From: an uncultured delta proteobacterium
Lineage (GTDB): Bacteria; Myxococcota_A; Polyangia; Polyangiales; Polyangiaceae
Assembly (NCBI GenBank): GCA_963716725.1
Contig: CAVQUB010000021.1
Span: 352,001 to 416,000, forward strand
Direction of reading: 5' to 3'
Length of the DNA: 64,000 nucleotides
Part shown: positions 63,294 through 64,000 of the stretch, in pieces
How the letters are laid out: each line of letters begins with the position of its first letter
Position numbering within the stretch: the stretch's first letter is position 1
Notes under the pieces: generated by a model
Database searches by the model: none
What the model was told of the DNA's origin: nothing
Seen by the model: only the letters and a program-made list of their open reading frames with translations
Made by a program: the position numbers and the translations under genes

Positions 63294-63547
63294 TTTCTGA
63301 GCATGGTATATTTCATGGTATTAACAATTAGCAGGAAAAAAAGTCATTGAAAATGAAAGACAAAAATGGCTTGTTTACAATCGAGTGGGAGTAGGGTGTA
63401 TTAGCAACTCATTGAAATATAGCGATAAAACAACTCTAATTAATAATATAATCTGCATCATCAATGGTATTTTTTATGGTATTTTCTGCGGCTGGCAGAG
63501 CTAAAATCAGCGATACCATGAGAGGCGAACTGATGCAGTCATGGTAT
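63294..63547 (+). repeat. att site 5: left arm + core (TAG variant) + right arm
   Basis: ACAATCGAGTGGGAGTAG at 63377-63394; arm boxes at 63302, 63463, 63513 and 63540. Confidence 0.92.
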
Positions 63548-63658
63548 TTTCAAAGCGCCGTTTAGATTCCAGTCTTTGATCCAGGATGGCGTTATTGCGG
63601 GCTATAATCGCGCCATATATCCATGTAATATGGCGTGAATAAGTGCTAGAATCACGCC

Positions 63659-64000
63659 ATGAGATGGATATGGCAACAATCCTATTGGCCCGATTTCTGC
63701 TACGACGTGCTTGCTCTCGAACACCGGGAGCTTGAGTTTCGCCTGAACTCAGAGCGTCTGGCGGGCAGCTATGATGCACTTCCTGTGGCATCTCAAAAGG
63801 ATGCCACGATCGACTTGATGCTTTCCGAGGCCATCAAAACAAGCGCCATTGAGGGCGAGAAATTGGACAGAGAGTCGGTCAGGTCGTCGCTGCTCTCATT
63901 AATTACATCTGATACGCTACCGGACAACTCAGACCAGAAAGCTGCTGGGGCAGCTTTGCTTCTGGTGGATGTTCGCAAGAACTGGCAAACATCCCTGTCA
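63659..64000 (+). CDS. Second Fic family gene (start of cassette 5), runs off the right edge
   Basis: MRWIWQQSYWPDF...DLMLSEAIKTSAIEGE...; open to the window end and highly similar to the gene at 38956. Confidence 0.85.
   Translation, partial: MRWIWQQSYWPDFCYDVLALEHRELEFRLNSERLAGSYDALPVASQKDATIDLMLSEAIKTSAIEGEKLDRESVRSSLLSLITSDTLPDNSDQKAAGAALLLVDVRKNWQTSLS

Larger units (their letters stand above)
51155..63394. mobile_element. Cassette 4 (12,240 bp): defence remnants, HTH, ion-homeostasis cluster, TA module
   Basis: Bounded by cores at 51140 and 63380. Confidence 0.8.

Noticed and set aside
38676..63547. CRISPR array or integron attC sites as the explanation for the repeats
   Set aside because: Repeats are kilobases apart, no cas or intI gene is present, and there is no RYYYAAC...GTTRRRY hairpin organisation. 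The core is the guaA 3' end.
1..64000. tRNA, rRNA or riboswitch genes
   Set aside because: None recognisable by eye; a covariance-model scan would be needed to exclude them.

Overview
The window looks like two unrelated DNA segments joined at about 37,620. Left part (1 to ~37,620): very GC-rich, myxobacterial (Polyangiaceae-like) chromosome. It carries many Gly/Ala-rich lipoproteins, a split hcrC...hcrA-hcrB-like molybdoenzyme locus, a B12 radical SAM enzyme, a probably truncated LeuA-type enzyme next to an orphan DNA methyltransferase, a P-type ATPase/USP pair and a GntR-GMC oxidoreductase operon cut off at the junction. Right part (~37,621 to 64,000): the indel-rich 3' portion of a proteobacterial guaA, followed by the main discovery. 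This is a tandem array of at least five cassettes with no integrase visible in the window (core-to-core 3,024, 5,406, 4,031, 12,240 and >620 bp). Each is delimited by a copy of the guaA 3' end (ACN-ATC-GAG-TGG-GAG-TGA/TAG) set in att-like sites whose (C/A)ATGGTAT arm repeats and IHF-like boxes keep nearly base-exact spacing. Cargo: Fic proteins, oleate hydratases, an AAA/DUF4143 ATPase, decayed AbiEii and TIR genes, an excisionase-like HTH, an ion-homeostasis cluster and a toxin-antitoxin pair. Family assignments are from motif recognition by eye, not database searches.
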